From assembly GCA_049967475.1 (NCBI GenBank), contig JBMFSQ010000010.1, positions 32,001-96,000 on the forward strand: a DNA stretch of 64,000 bases, read 5' to 3'. Below the pieces are notes generated by a model. It was not told the DNA's origin and did no database searches. It saw only the letters and a list, made by a program, of their open reading frames with translations. Shown piece by piece: positions 10,217-19,946 of this stretch. The position numbers and the translations under genes are program-made. Source of the DNA: Chthonomonadales bacterium (GTDB taxonomy: Bacteria > Armatimonadota > Chthonomonadetes > Chthonomonadales > CAJBBX01). Numbering within the stretch: the stretch's first letter is position 1; the number at the start of each line of letters is the position of its first letter.

Positions 10217-10307
10217 GATGCACCCGCATGGGCATCACAAAAGCACAGGACTGCAGGCAACCTCAGCACATGCCGCCCGCGCGCGATGAGGCATCGGGAG
10301 GCCGCGC

Positions 10308-11147
10308 ATGAAGTTGGGCGTCCTTATCGCCGGCAAGCGCGCGGACGATCTGGGCCGGCAGCTCGACGCCATCCGTAACGCGGGCTACTTCCTCTGTCAA
10401 CTGAACCTCATGCAGACCGGCGCCACCCGCACGGACCTCCTGGCCATTGCGGATGCTCTCCTGGAATACGGCGTGCGGCCCGTTGCCATTGGGTGCTATG
10501 TAAACCCCATGCGCCCGGATGAACCATCCTTCATGGGCGTGGGTCGTGATGACCTGGATGTAGTGCTCCATTCTTTGGACCTCCTCGGAGCCAGGAGGGT
10601 TGTGTTTTGGAGCGGCACGCATGCCGATACGCTTTTTGACGACCATCCCGACAATTTGCAGGTACACAGCCTCGATATGCTGCGGGACTTCCTAGACGAT
10701 CTCGTGGCTTCAACGCGCGCCCGCCGGTACGAACTCGTCATCGAACCCTACAAAACGCACATACTGCGCACTGCACGAGCGATTGTGGAGTTTCATAACA
10801 GCCTGCCTCCAGCCACGGCAGAACGCGTTCAGTATGTGCTGGACGCTCCCAACCTGATCACCGCCCAGGATTACTCCCATCGGGATGATGTTGCCGAAGA
10901 CATCTGCCGCACGCTGGGCCCGTACGCCGGAGTGGCGCACTTGAAGGATTGCATCATGCCGCCTGACGGAGAGGAGGCGCTTTTAGGGCCAGGACAGGGC
11001 CGCCTGGACTACCCACGCTACGTGCAGGCCATCCTGCAGAATGTCGCGGATGAGGTGCCGGCCATTGTGAAGGGCGCTGCACCCGCCGAACTCGCCAATG
11101 TGCGCGATTTCCTGCTGAGGTTGACCGACCGCTGGGAACTCGCGTGA
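10308..11147 (+). CDS. Sugar phosphate isomerase/epimerase-like TIM barrel (AP endonuclease 2 family)
   Basis: IEP, LDAPN, HLKD, GQGRLDY. Confidence 0.75.
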   Translation: MKLGVLIAGKRADDLGRQLDAIRNAGYFLCQLNLMQTGATRTDLLAIADALLEYGVRPVAIGCYVNPMRPDEPSFMGVGRDDLDVVLHSLDLLGARRVVFWSGTHADTLFDDHPDNLQVHSLDMLRDFLDDLVASTRARRYELVIEPYKTHILRTARAIVEFHNSLPPATAERVQYVLDAPNLITAQDYSHRDDVAEDICRTLGPYAGVAHLKDCIMPPDGEEALLGPGQGRLDYPRYVQAILQNVADEVPAIVKGAAPAELANVRDFLLRLTDRWELA

Positions 11148-11193
11148 CCCGTCATAGTGCGGAACACCACAGGACCACTGGAGATACCCTCTG

Positions 11194-12006
11194 ATGAGAA
11201 AGACGATCATTGCGGGCAATTGGAAGATGCACAAGACGTGTGCCGAAGCCACAGCCTTAGTTCAGAACTTGGCGCCGCTCGTTGCCGGGCGCACGTCTAG
11301 CGTAGACGTCGTCGTATGCCCGCCCTACACCGCCCTCTACGCCACAGCACACGCATTATCCGGCACAGGCATTAGGCTTGGCGCCCAGGATGTGTTCTGG
11401 AAGGATCAGGGGGCCTATACAGGTCGCGTGTCCCCCCCAATGCTGCTCGAGCTGGGAGTGGCCTACGTAATCGTGGGGCATTCGGAAGCCCGAGGCCGGT
11501 TTGGAGTGCCCGAACCCGATTTGACCGAGGATCTACTGCGGCAATTCGGTGATACAGACGCCAGCGTCAACCGCAAGCTGCTGGCCGCATTGGCTGCAGG
11601 TCTCCATCCGATCTGCTGCGTAGGGGAAACCATCGCCGAGCGCAACGCCGGCAAGACCGATGCGGTGATCGAGGCACAGATGCGCGGCGCTTTGGCTGAT
11701 GTGGCCCGTCAAGACATTCAGCGCGTCATCTTCGCCTACGAGCCCGTGTGGGCCATCGGTACCGGCGAGGTGTGCCATGCGCAAGAAGCCAACCGGGTAT
11801 GTGAGGCCATCCGCTCCATAGTTGCGGGCCTCTACGGATCCGAGGCGGCGGAAGCCATCCGCGTGCAATACGGAGGAAGCGTCAAGCCGGATAACGCCGC
11901 AAGCCTCTTGTCCCAACCCCACATTGATGGCGCGCTGGTGGGCGGAGCCAGCCTCAAAGCCGCAGACTTCGCCGCCATCGTGAACGCTGCTCCGAAAGGA
12001 CGATAG
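11194..12006 (+). CDS. tpiA: Triosephosphate isomerase
   Basis: AGNWKM, GHSE, AYEPVWAIGTG, YGGSVKP, LVGGASL. Confidence 0.97.
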   Translation: MRKTIIAGNWKMHKTCAEATALVQNLAPLVAGRTSSVDVVVCPPYTALYATAHALSGTGIRLGAQDVFWKDQGAYTGRVSPPMLLELGVAYVIVGHSEARGRFGVPEPDLTEDLLRQFGDTDASVNRKLLAALAAGLHPICCVGETIAERNAGKTDAVIEAQMRGALADVARQDIQRVIFAYEPVWAIGTGEVCHAQEANRVCEAIRSIVAGLYGSEAAEAIRVQYGGSVKPDNAASLLSQPHIDGALVGGASLKAADFAAIVNAAPKGR

Positions 12007-12013
12007 ACCCAAC

Positions 12014-12772
12014 ATGACACGGATCCCCATTGCGTTGCAGATGTACACCCTTCGTGAAGAGGCAGCCAAGGACTTCCGCGGAACCCTTCGCAGGGTAGCC
12101 GCCATCGGGTATGCAGGCGTAGAGCTCGCCGGCACCGGAGGGTTGGCCGCGACGGAACTGAAGGCGGTCCTAGACGATCTTGGCCTTGCAGTAGCCGGAA
12201 GCCACGTCGGCTTGGATCAATTGGAAAACAACCTCGCCGAAGTCCTCCGCTACAATGTTGCACTGGGCAATAGGTACGTCGTCTGCCCGTACCTGCCCGA
12301 GGATCGGCGAAAGAGCGCAGAGGATTATCGGCGGCTAGCCGAACGCCTCAACACCATCGGGCGGGAATGCAAGGAGGCAGGTCTGCAACTGTGTTATCAC
12401 AACCATGCCTTCGAGTTTGAAAGGTTTGACGGGCGTACCGGCTACGACCTCCTCTTCGGCGCAACGGACGCGGATCTGGTAGCTGCTGAAGTAGACACTT
12501 ATTGGGCGGAATACGCCGGTCATGACGCGGCAGATCTCATCCGGCGCCTCTCCGGGCGCGTGCCGCTGATCCACCTGAAGGATATGGCGGGAAAGCCCCA
12601 GGGAGCCTTCGCCGAGGTTGGAGAAGGAGTGCTGGACTTTGCCGCCATCGCGGCGGCAGCCCATGCGGCCGGCACCCACTGGTTCATCGTGGAACAGGAT
12701 GTGTGCGCGAGACCGCCCCTGGAGAGCGTGGAGATCAGCCTGCGGAACTTGCGCCGCATGGGCCTTGCATAA
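12014..12772 (+). CDS. Sugar phosphate isomerase/epimerase (IolE/XylA-like)
   Basis: LQMYTLR, YHNHAFEF, EVDTYW, HLKD, VEQD. Confidence 0.9.
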   Translation: MTRIPIALQMYTLREEAAKDFRGTLRRVAAIGYAGVELAGTGGLAATELKAVLDDLGLAVAGSHVGLDQLENNLAEVLRYNVALGNRYVVCPYLPEDRRKSAEDYRRLAERLNTIGRECKEAGLQLCYHNHAFEFERFDGRTGYDLLFGATDADLVAAEVDTYWAEYAGHDAADLIRRLSGRVPLIHLKDMAGKPQGAFAEVGEGVLDFAAIAAAAHAAGTHWFIVEQDVCARPPLESVEISLRNLRRMGLA

Positions 12773-12783
12773 CGGGATGTAAC

Positions 12784-12821
12784 GCAGGCCGTCGCCCTTT
12801 GCGCCGACGGCCTGCTCTTTT
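12784..12821. terminator. Intrinsic terminator between convergent genes
   Basis: GCAGGCCGTCG/CGACGGCCTGC 11-bp stem followed by TCTTTT. Confidence 0.8.
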
Positions 12822-12831
12822 ACCGGCGGGA

Positions 12832-13329
12832 TTACAGGTTCCGGATGATGATGTCTGCACTGGCAGGATCTAGCTGAGACATATCCGGAAACTGGTACCG
12901 GTTGCCGTGAATGTCCGTCACCAAGACGCGCCCGCCGGGCAGCTCCAGCAAATTGTCTCGCAGGTTGCGGGCGATTACCTGGGTTTCGCCGCGATCCGTT
13001 TGAACGTGCCAATACACCGTGCCGAATTCCTCGCGAACGGATACCACCGAGCAAACCACCGGCACAAAATAGCGCAATTCGATCTCTTCGGCTATGATGC
13101 GCTGGGATTGCTCATCCAATTCCGCGGGGTTCTCGATGAGGCCGATGTCCTTGTTTGCTCCATCCAGAAAGGCGATCCACCGATTAGGATCGGACACGGG
13201 GAAGGCCCGATACACCTGAACGAAGCGGTAGGAACGATCATCCTTCAGCGTAAGGCGCGTCACGCCTCCGGCTCGCAAGAGTTGAACGGACCGTGGCGAC
13301 AGGATGCGCAGCTCGTACTGTTCCGGCAT
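12832..13329 (-). CDS. DUF1854 domain protein
   Basis: RAFPVSDP, ELRYFVP, WHVQTDRG, TDIHGNRYQFPD; directly downstream of the ABC transporter. Confidence 0.85.
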   Translation of the reverse strand: MPEQYELRILSPRSVQLLRAGGVTRLTLKDDRSYRFVQVYRAFPVSDPNRWIAFLDGANKDIGLIENPAELDEQSQRIIAEEIELRYFVPVVCSVVSVREEFGTVYWHVQTDRGETQVIARNLRDNLLELPGGRVLVTDIHGNRYQFPDMSQLDPASADIIIRNL

Positions 13330-13391
13330 CGGTTGCCTCTTCCTCCTTGATAACCTCGCCGCCGTTAAAGATTGCGCTTCGGGCTATGGGG

Positions 13392-15674
13392 CTAAACCGC
13401 TCGGATGCGGTTTACTTCCGTTTGAATTTGCACCAGATGCGCATAAACGCCGTTGAGCTCCATCAGCTCATCGTGCGTGCCGCACTCCACCATTTTGCCT
13501 TCTTGGAGCACCACCAATCGGGACGCATGGCGGAGTGTGCTCAGGCGGTGGGCGATGGCAAAGGTGGTGCGGTTCTGAACAAGGCGTGCGATCGCTTCCT
13601 GGATGAGCTGCTCGGTTTCTGTGTCCACGCTCGCGGTCGCCTCATCCAATATCAGGATGCGCGGATCGTGCAAGATCGCCCGGGCGATGGAGATGCGCTG
13701 GCGCTCTCCTCCGGAAAGGCGCTGCCCCCGCTCGCCCACCTGGGTGTCGTACCCGTCCGCAAAGCGCAGGATGAATTCGTGGGCGTTGGCGGCCTTGGCT
13801 GCCCGCATGATCTCGCGGTCTGTGGCTCCGGGCTTGGCGTAGGCGATGTTCTCACGGATCGTACCTGGAAACAGAAACGGTTCCTGAAGAACGATCCCGA
13901 GCTGCCTGCGAAAATCCTCCTGCCGGATGCGGCGGATATCCACGCCATCCACCAGGATCGCTCCCTCGGTAACATCGTAGAAGCGCGCCAAAAGGTTGAT
14001 CACGGTGGTTTTCCCAGCACCCGTAGGACCCACCAGACCGATCATCTCGCCGGCCTCTACCTTGAGGCTGAAATCCTCCAGAACGCGGCGGGCCTTGTCA
14101 TACGTAAAGCTCACGTGGTCGAACTCAACTTCCCCTCGGATGCGGGGCATGGCAACGGCAGCAGCAACGTCACGCACGTCGGGCTCCGTGTCCAACACTT
14201 CGAACACACGCTCAGCCGCAGTCATGGACCGCGTGGACCAATCCAGCGCCCGGCTGAAATTCTGGAATGGCGCATAGAATTGCATCAGGTATCCGCTGAA
14301 GGCCGTGAGCGTGCCCAAGGTCATAGTGCCATGAAGAACCTGATATCCCCCGGCCAGCCAGATGATATAGGACCCCACGGACATGAGCAGACCCAGTAGG
14401 GGGAAATAGACCGCCCACATGGCGTTCGCCGCGAAGCTTGCCTCGAACACACGCCGGTTGCGATCCGTAAAGCGGCGGTTCTCCCGATCCTCCTGGGCAA
14501 ACGCCTTGATCACCTTGATACCGCTCAGAGCGCTGTTGAGCGCCGAGTACATCTTGCTGATGCGGTGCCACACCATGCGAAAGCGCCGCCGCGCCCGAGG
14601 CATGAACCATCGCGTAAGAATGAAGATGAGCGGCGCCGGCGCCAACAAATAGAACGCCAGGCGCGCGTTCATCCGAAACAACACAAAGCTGGTAAAGCCC
14701 AGCGAAAGCACGTTTGTGAGGAGCCACGGCGCCCCATCGGTCAAAAAGTCCCAAAGGTTGTCTGCGTCATTGGTGATGCGCGCCATGACGCTTCCCGTGG
14801 ACCTTTTGTCGAAGTACGCCAGGGAGAGCCGCGTCAGCCGCGTGAAAATGGCGATGCGGATATCCATCAGGGTGCGGGCCCCCAGCCATGCGCTGATGCG
14901 CCGACCGGCGTACTGGAGGCCGCCGGCCACCAACCGAACGATCGCCATCAATCCCACGAGGATGGCAATGCGGATCATGGTAGGCCCTGGAGTGTGCCTC
15001 CCGGTCACCAAAGCATCCACGATGCGGCCGCCGATGTAAGGAGGGGCGAGGTCCGTAAGGCTCGTACCTACCAGGATTACCAAGCCTGCCGCCACCACGA
15101 GTTTGTAGGGCCTCAGGAACTGAAAGAGCCTCAGCAGAACGGCACGCTTGTTGATGCACGCCTTGCATACGTCGCTGTCTTCGGGAAGCACGCGCCCGCA
15201 TTTGGGGCAGAACGTTTGGCGATCCTTCGCCTCTTCCCATTTAGGCGCTTCGTGGCGCAGGAGCGTTGTGATTTGGCGGGCACAGATGTTCGCGTCGCTT
15301 ACGAGCGCCTGAGAATAGCGCACAAGGGGGATCGTCTCAGCATCTGTGCGCACCTTGAGGAGGCCGTTCCCAACATAGAAATCCGCCGTCACTTCCCGAA
15401 CACGGTCGAGGGGGATCGCGGTTTTGAGCAAAGCTTCCCCTCCGCCGTTGGGCGTGAACACGTAGAGGTATCCCCGCCGAACCACGAGCCATTCACGACC
15501 AAACTTGCCGGAATGGTCCAGATCGGTGGCGAATGCAAGCACATGTGAAGCCTCTTCGGCCCCGTCCGCAGCATCAACGTCCGCCATTGGAGGGTCGGCA
15601 TCCATATTGCCGGCCAGACGAAGAGATCGGAGGCTGTGCTCAACCTCCTGGGGTAGCTCGTCGAGAAGTGCCAT
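13392..15674 (-). CDS. ABC exporter (TMD+NBD) with N-terminal extension and zinc ribbon
   Basis: GPTGAGKT, LSGGERQR, LDEATASVD; CPKC-x10-CKAC before the TMD. Confidence 0.93.
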   Translation of the reverse strand: MALLDELPQEVEHSLRSLRLAGNMDADPPMADVDAADGAEEASHVLAFATDLDHSGKFGREWLVVRRGYLYVFTPNGGGEALLKTAIPLDRVREVTADFYVGNGLLKVRTDAETIPLVRYSQALVSDANICARQITTLLRHEAPKWEEAKDRQTFCPKCGRVLPEDSDVCKACINKRAVLLRLFQFLRPYKLVVAAGLVILVGTSLTDLAPPYIGGRIVDALVTGRHTPGPTMIRIAILVGLMAIVRLVAGGLQYAGRRISAWLGARTLMDIRIAIFTRLTRLSLAYFDKRSTGSVMARITNDADNLWDFLTDGAPWLLTNVLSLGFTSFVLFRMNARLAFYLLAPAPLIFILTRWFMPRARRRFRMVWHRISKMYSALNSALSGIKVIKAFAQEDRENRRFTDRNRRVFEASFAANAMWAVYFPLLGLLMSVGSYIIWLAGGYQVLHGTMTLGTLTAFSGYLMQFYAPFQNFSRALDWSTRSMTAAERVFEVLDTEPDVRDVAAAVAMPRIRGEVEFDHVSFTYDKARRVLEDFSLKVEAGEMIGLVGPTGAGKTTVINLLARFYDVTEGAILVDGVDIRRIRQEDFRRQLGIVLQEPFLFPGTIRENIAYAKPGATDREIMRAAKAANAHEFILRFADGYDTQVGERGQRLSGGERQRISIARAILHDPRILILDEATASVDTETEQLIQEAIARLVQNRTTFAIAHRLSTLRHASRLVVLQEGKMVECGTHDELMELNGVYAHLVQIQTEVNRIRAV

Positions 15675-15758
15675 CGTGTCTATTCATCAGGCGATGAAGC
15701 ACGCTGCAGCCGATCGCCTGTCACGCAAAACCCATCAAACCGACGCACGTCAGCGCGG

Positions 15759-17138
15759 CTATTTGCTTATCTTGCCGTTACCGACATCCAAAACGATCGT
15801 AGAGATCAATGCATCCGGAAGCTGCTCCGGCAGCCGGATCTGCACACCCGCGCGGGTGACCCTTACCGGAAGCTTGCGCACAGGATCCTCGAGAAACCAC
15901 GCGCCCCGAACCGTCCCCTCGATGGGTGGGATCTCCACCTTGTCTCCTGGCCGCCGGTACAGATGCACATAGAGCTTGCCAGGCTTGGACGTACAGGCTC
16001 CCCAATCGAACTTCTGCGGAAAGAACGGACTGGGGCCCGCGCCATAAATCGCTTCACCATTCCGCGCAAGCCAGCGCCCCATCTGAACTAGACGGTCCTG
16101 CATCACCACTGGTATCCGCCCATCTGCCGTAGGGCCTACATCTAAGAGAAGGTTCCCGCCGGCGCTCACCGTGTCCACGAGAAGATGAAGAAGGTCCGCA
16201 GCCGAACGGTAATCATCTATGTTCTCGTTGCGGTTATAGCCGTAGGAGGCCCCCATTCCGCGGTTCTCCTCCCACGCGTGCCCCGGCTTGGCCTTGAAAT
16301 CGGTGGCGCCGCCATATTCCGTGGTGTAATACCCGCCGTGCTTGCCTCGAGTTTCCTTGCCCCATCGGTCATTCACAACCAGATCCGGTCCACAACCGCT
16401 TTCGTTGTAAAGCCATGCCAGAAGTTCGGGGGAATGCCATTCTTCGGAAGTGTGTTCCCATTCACCGTCCGCGAAGATTACCGAAGGCCTGTATCGGGTA
16501 ACCACGTCCTTGAACTGGGGAAAGAAATGCTCATCGCGGTACCGAGGAAAGTCGCTGCGGTAGAGCGGGTTATACCACTCGTAGAGCGAGTAGTAGATCC
16601 CCATACGCAACCCCTTGGCTCGGACTGCCTGGGCGAGGTCTCCCAGCAAATCGCGGTGGGGTCCTGTGCTTACACTGTTCCATGGGTGCCCCCAGGTGCG
16701 GTCGGCCTCGGCGCTGGGCCACAGGCAGAAACCTTCATGGTGCTTCGAGGTGAGTACCACGTAACGGGCACCGCTGCGGGCAAAGATATCCGCCCATTGT
16801 TGCGGGTCGAAAAGCTCGGCCTTGAACAAAGGCGCAAAAGCTGTATAGGGGAAATCCGCGCCATACACGCGCTCATGAAACTTCCACGTGGGGCCGTTGT
16901 GATCCTGCATGGCATTCCAGTACCACTCTGCGTAGCTCCCCTTCGGCCCCCACGCCGGCACGGAATAGACACCCCAGTGAATGAAGATGCCGAATTTCGC
17001 GTCCGTAAACCATCGGGGGATTGGGCGGGCATCAAGTGAGGCCCAATTGGGCGTGTACGGACCATCGCCGGCGGCGGCCGCGCCTGCGCCGGCAAACGCC
17101 CACACCATCAAAAGACAACCAAATATGGCTTCCCTCAT
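15759..17138 (-). CDS. Secreted alpha-L-fucosidase (GH29)
   Basis: Signal peptide; KFGIFIHWGVYSVP, TSKHHEGFCLW, VVNDRW, GGNLLLDVGP. Confidence 0.93.
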   Translation of the reverse strand: MREAIFGCLLMVWAFAGAGAAAAGDGPYTPNWASLDARPIPRWFTDAKFGIFIHWGVYSVPAWGPKGSYAEWYWNAMQDHNGPTWKFHERVYGADFPYTAFAPLFKAELFDPQQWADIFARSGARYVVLTSKHHEGFCLWPSAEADRTWGHPWNSVSTGPHRDLLGDLAQAVRAKGLRMGIYYSLYEWYNPLYRSDFPRYRDEHFFPQFKDVVTRYRPSVIFADGEWEHTSEEWHSPELLAWLYNESGCGPDLVVNDRWGKETRGKHGGYYTTEYGGATDFKAKPGHAWEENRGMGASYGYNRNENIDDYRSAADLLHLLVDTVSAGGNLLLDVGPTADGRIPVVMQDRLVQMGRWLARNGEAIYGAGPSPFFPQKFDWGACTSKPGKLYVHLYRRPGDKVEIPPIEGTVRGAWFLEDPVRKLPVRVTRAGVQIRLPEQLPDALISTIVLDVGNGKISK

Positions 17139-17227
17139 CGGCTCCTCTCCCTAACCCCTTGCAGGTTCTGCTTCAGTGCGATTGTACCCGACCCTGCCCT
17201 CGCTGCGCCCGCGTGGGCACCGGGAGT

Positions 17228-17257
17228 TTGACACCAAGCGCCGTCTTGCGGTACCAT
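17228..17257 (+). promoter_or_regulatory. Sigma70-type promoter
   Basis: TTGACA-N18-TACCAT upstream of 17332. Confidence 0.5.
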
Positions 17258-17331
17258 ACGGCGATGCAGCGTTGCCCCCGGCCTAATCCGGCGGTATTAG
17301 CGCTGCGCCGCTCTCCCGGGGAGCATCCCAG

Positions 17332-18173
17332 ATGAAGCTCTGTGCCATCACCGACGAGATCTCGCAAGACTTTGAACACGCCCTGGACGTTCTCCGCGAA
17401 TACGGCGCCCATCATGCCGAGCTTCGCGGATTGTGGGGGCGCAACATCTCAGAGCTCGACGACGCACAAGTGAGCCGGGCCCAAGAAGCGCTGAGGGCAC
17501 GTGAGATGAACGTAGCGTGCCTGGCCTCCCCTTTCTACAAGTGCGATCTGGACACTGACGAAGCGGCCGTGAGGGGACGGATGCACCTGGCTCAAGCCCG
17601 GCCCCGCGCGGAACAGATGGAGATGCTCCGCCGATGCGCCGACCTCGCCCATCGCTTCGGTACGCGTCTCATCCGCGTGTTTACCTTCTGGCGCAAAGGG
17701 GAGTGACCCCAGAAGTGGAGGCACGCATCATCGAAGCCTTCCAGGAACCCATCAGGATTGCCAAAGAGGAAGGCGTGGTCCTCGCTCTAGAGAATGAACA
17801 CGCCTGCTTCGTCGGAACCGGAGCGGAAGCGGCACGCATCCTTCGTGCGATGGACACTCCCTTCGTCCGCGCCTGCTGGGACCCCGGCAATGCGTTCGCC
17901 GCCGGTGAGGTGCCCTATCCCAACGGATACGCAGAAGTACGGCCCTTCGTGGTTCATGTGCACGTAAAGGATGGTGTCCGAACGAACGGAGACACCAAAT
18001 GGTGTGTGGTGGGCCAAGGGCAGGTGGATTACCGGGGTCAGTTCGCAGCGCTTCGGGAAGATGGGTACGAAGGGGCAGTGTCCCTGGAGACGCACTATGT
18101 GCCTGAAGGCGGAACTCCGGAGATGGGGTCCCGCCTGTGCCTTGCGGCCCTTCGCCAACTGATAGGGGATTAG
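17332..18173 (+). pseudogene. Sugar phosphate isomerase/epimerase split by a 1-nt frameshift near 17700 (pseudogene or assembly error)
   Basis: N-half ITDEISQD..IRVFTFWRKG stops at 17706; C-half LENEH, WDPGN, HVHVKD, SLETH continues in the -1 frame. Confidence 0.8.
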
Positions 18174-18180
18174 TTTCAGC

Positions 18181-19911
18181 ATGCCCAAACGCTATACATC
18201 CAGCCGCGGTGTAGGATCCATCACGTATTGGCGGAAGTTCGCCGAACACCGCCTCGTATACTTGCTCATCGCAGCCGTCTTCGCATTCGGTCTCGTGGCC
18301 TATTTCGGCTCCGGCCCCATGAGCGGCGTGGCGGGCCGGGCGGCCGGGGCTCAGGCATCGCAGATCATCGCCACGGTAAACGGCGAAGATATCCCCCGCA
18401 GCGCCTATGACCGGCAATGGGACCAGATGAAGACGTATCTCGGCTCCGGAAACGAGGTCCAGGCCGTGTCCATGCAGGGCATGATCCTCAACAGCCTCAT
18501 TGACCAAGCCATCATGCGCGCTGCAGCCAAGAAGCGCGGCTTTACTGTGTCCGACGAAATGGTAGACAAGGCCATCGCGGATATGAAGAAGGGACCGGAC
18601 GGCAAACCCGTTCCCGAAGCCGATTTCGAACAAATGTTGCAGCGGCAAGGCCTCACCCTGGACGACCTCCGCCAACAGCTCAAGACAGACCTACTGGCCA
18701 AGGTCCTGCAAGACAACATCATACAGAGCCAAAAGGTCACCGAACAGGATCTCCTCCAGCAATACCAGGAGGCGCGCGTGCGCCATATCCTCATCTCTAC
18801 CTCCAAGCTTCCCGACGAGCAGGCGCGGCGCAAAGCGGAGAAGATCTATGAGGAGATCAAAGCCGGCAAAGACTTTGCCGCGCTCGCCAACCAGTTCTCC
18901 GACGACCCCAGCAATAAACCCCAAAAGTGGGATCCCAAGCTCAAGAAGGAGGTTCCGGCTGGACCACCCAAGGGCGGCGAACTGGGCTGGGCTCCTCTGA
19001 GCCGATACGTTCCCGAGTTTGCTGATGCCATACGCAAGTTGAAACCCGGCGAGGTGTCTCCTCCCGTAAAGACACAGTTCGGGTACCACATCATACAGCT
19101 CGAGGCCCCCATCCGCGAAAATCTCCCTAAAGATTTTGAGAAGAACAAGGCGCGCCTTCTGGAGGACCTCAAGCGGCAGAAGGGGCAGCAAGCCCTCATG
19201 AAATTCATGGATGAAGCGCGCAAAACGGCTAAGATCGTTTGGCACGATCCGAGCCTGCAATGGCGCTACGATTATGCCCGGAGCAACCCCAACGCCATGA
19301 TGATGGGCGGCGCCATCCCCACCGGCAACCAAGAACAGCTTCTGCAAGAGCTTCGCCAATACGTTGCCAAGAACCCAGACGACGGCGCCGCCGACATCAT
19401 CCTCGGCCAGATGCTGTACCCGCAGTACATCGTTGCTCCGCCGGGTCCCCAGCGTGACAAACTGCGGGATGAGATTATCAAATACTATGCCGCCGGCCTC
19501 CAGCGCACGGAAGATCCCGAAGTACGCATGGCTCTGGCAGCACTATACCTGGACGCCAAGAAACCGCAAGAGGCGCTGAAGGTGTACCAGACCCAGCAAC
19601 GCCTTCTAAGGTGGGACGACACCCCTGCATCAAAGCCCATGCATGTACGCCTGGAACGCGCATTCAAGGACTTGGGACGTCCCGATTTGGCGGCCGAAGA
19701 GGCAAAGCGCATCGAACAGTTAACAGAACAGGAGAAGAAATCACAGGCTGAGGCCAAGGCCCGCGCCGCGGCCGAAAAAGCAGCAAAGGCTCCAAGCGGC
19801 GCCCAATCACCGACGTCGGCGGCTGAGGGCACGACGAAGCAGGCTGCAGGCGCCCCTTCGCATGCTCCGGCCACGCCGGAAGCATCGAAACCCGGCGCCA
19901 ACGCACCGTAG
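18181..19911 (+). CDS. SurA/PpiD-like parvulin peptidyl-prolyl isomerase with TPR-like C-terminus
   Basis: N-terminal TM, IATVNGEDI, VRHILI, GGELGW, VKTQFGYHII. Confidence 0.88.
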   Translation: MPKRYTSSRGVGSITYWRKFAEHRLVYLLIAAVFAFGLVAYFGSGPMSGVAGRAAGAQASQIIATVNGEDIPRSAYDRQWDQMKTYLGSGNEVQAVSMQGMILNSLIDQAIMRAAAKKRGFTVSDEMVDKAIADMKKGPDGKPVPEADFEQMLQRQGLTLDDLRQQLKTDLLAKVLQDNIIQSQKVTEQDLLQQYQEARVRHILISTSKLPDEQARRKAEKIYEEIKAGKDFAALANQFSDDPSNKPQKWDPKLKKEVPAGPPKGGELGWAPLSRYVPEFADAIRKLKPGEVSPPVKTQFGYHIIQLEAPIRENLPKDFEKNKARLLEDLKRQKGQQALMKFMDEARKTAKIVWHDPSLQWRYDYARSNPNAMMMGGAIPTGNQEQLLQELRQYVAKNPDDGAADIILGQMLYPQYIVAPPGPQRDKLRDEIIKYYAAGLQRTEDPEVRMALAALYLDAKKPQEALKVYQTQQRLLRWDDTPASKPMHVRLERAFKDLGRPDLAAEEAKRIEQLTEQEKKSQAEAKARAAAEKAAKAPSGAQSPTSAAEGTTKQAAGAPSHAPATPEASKPGANAP

Positions 19912-19946
19912 CGGTGCAATACTGCGGCCGATGCCTATCCCACCCA

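Noticed and set aside
17695..17706. Programmed -1 frameshift or selenocysteine TGA
   Set aside because: No in-frame slippery heptamer, and the continuation is in another frame so readthrough would not restore it
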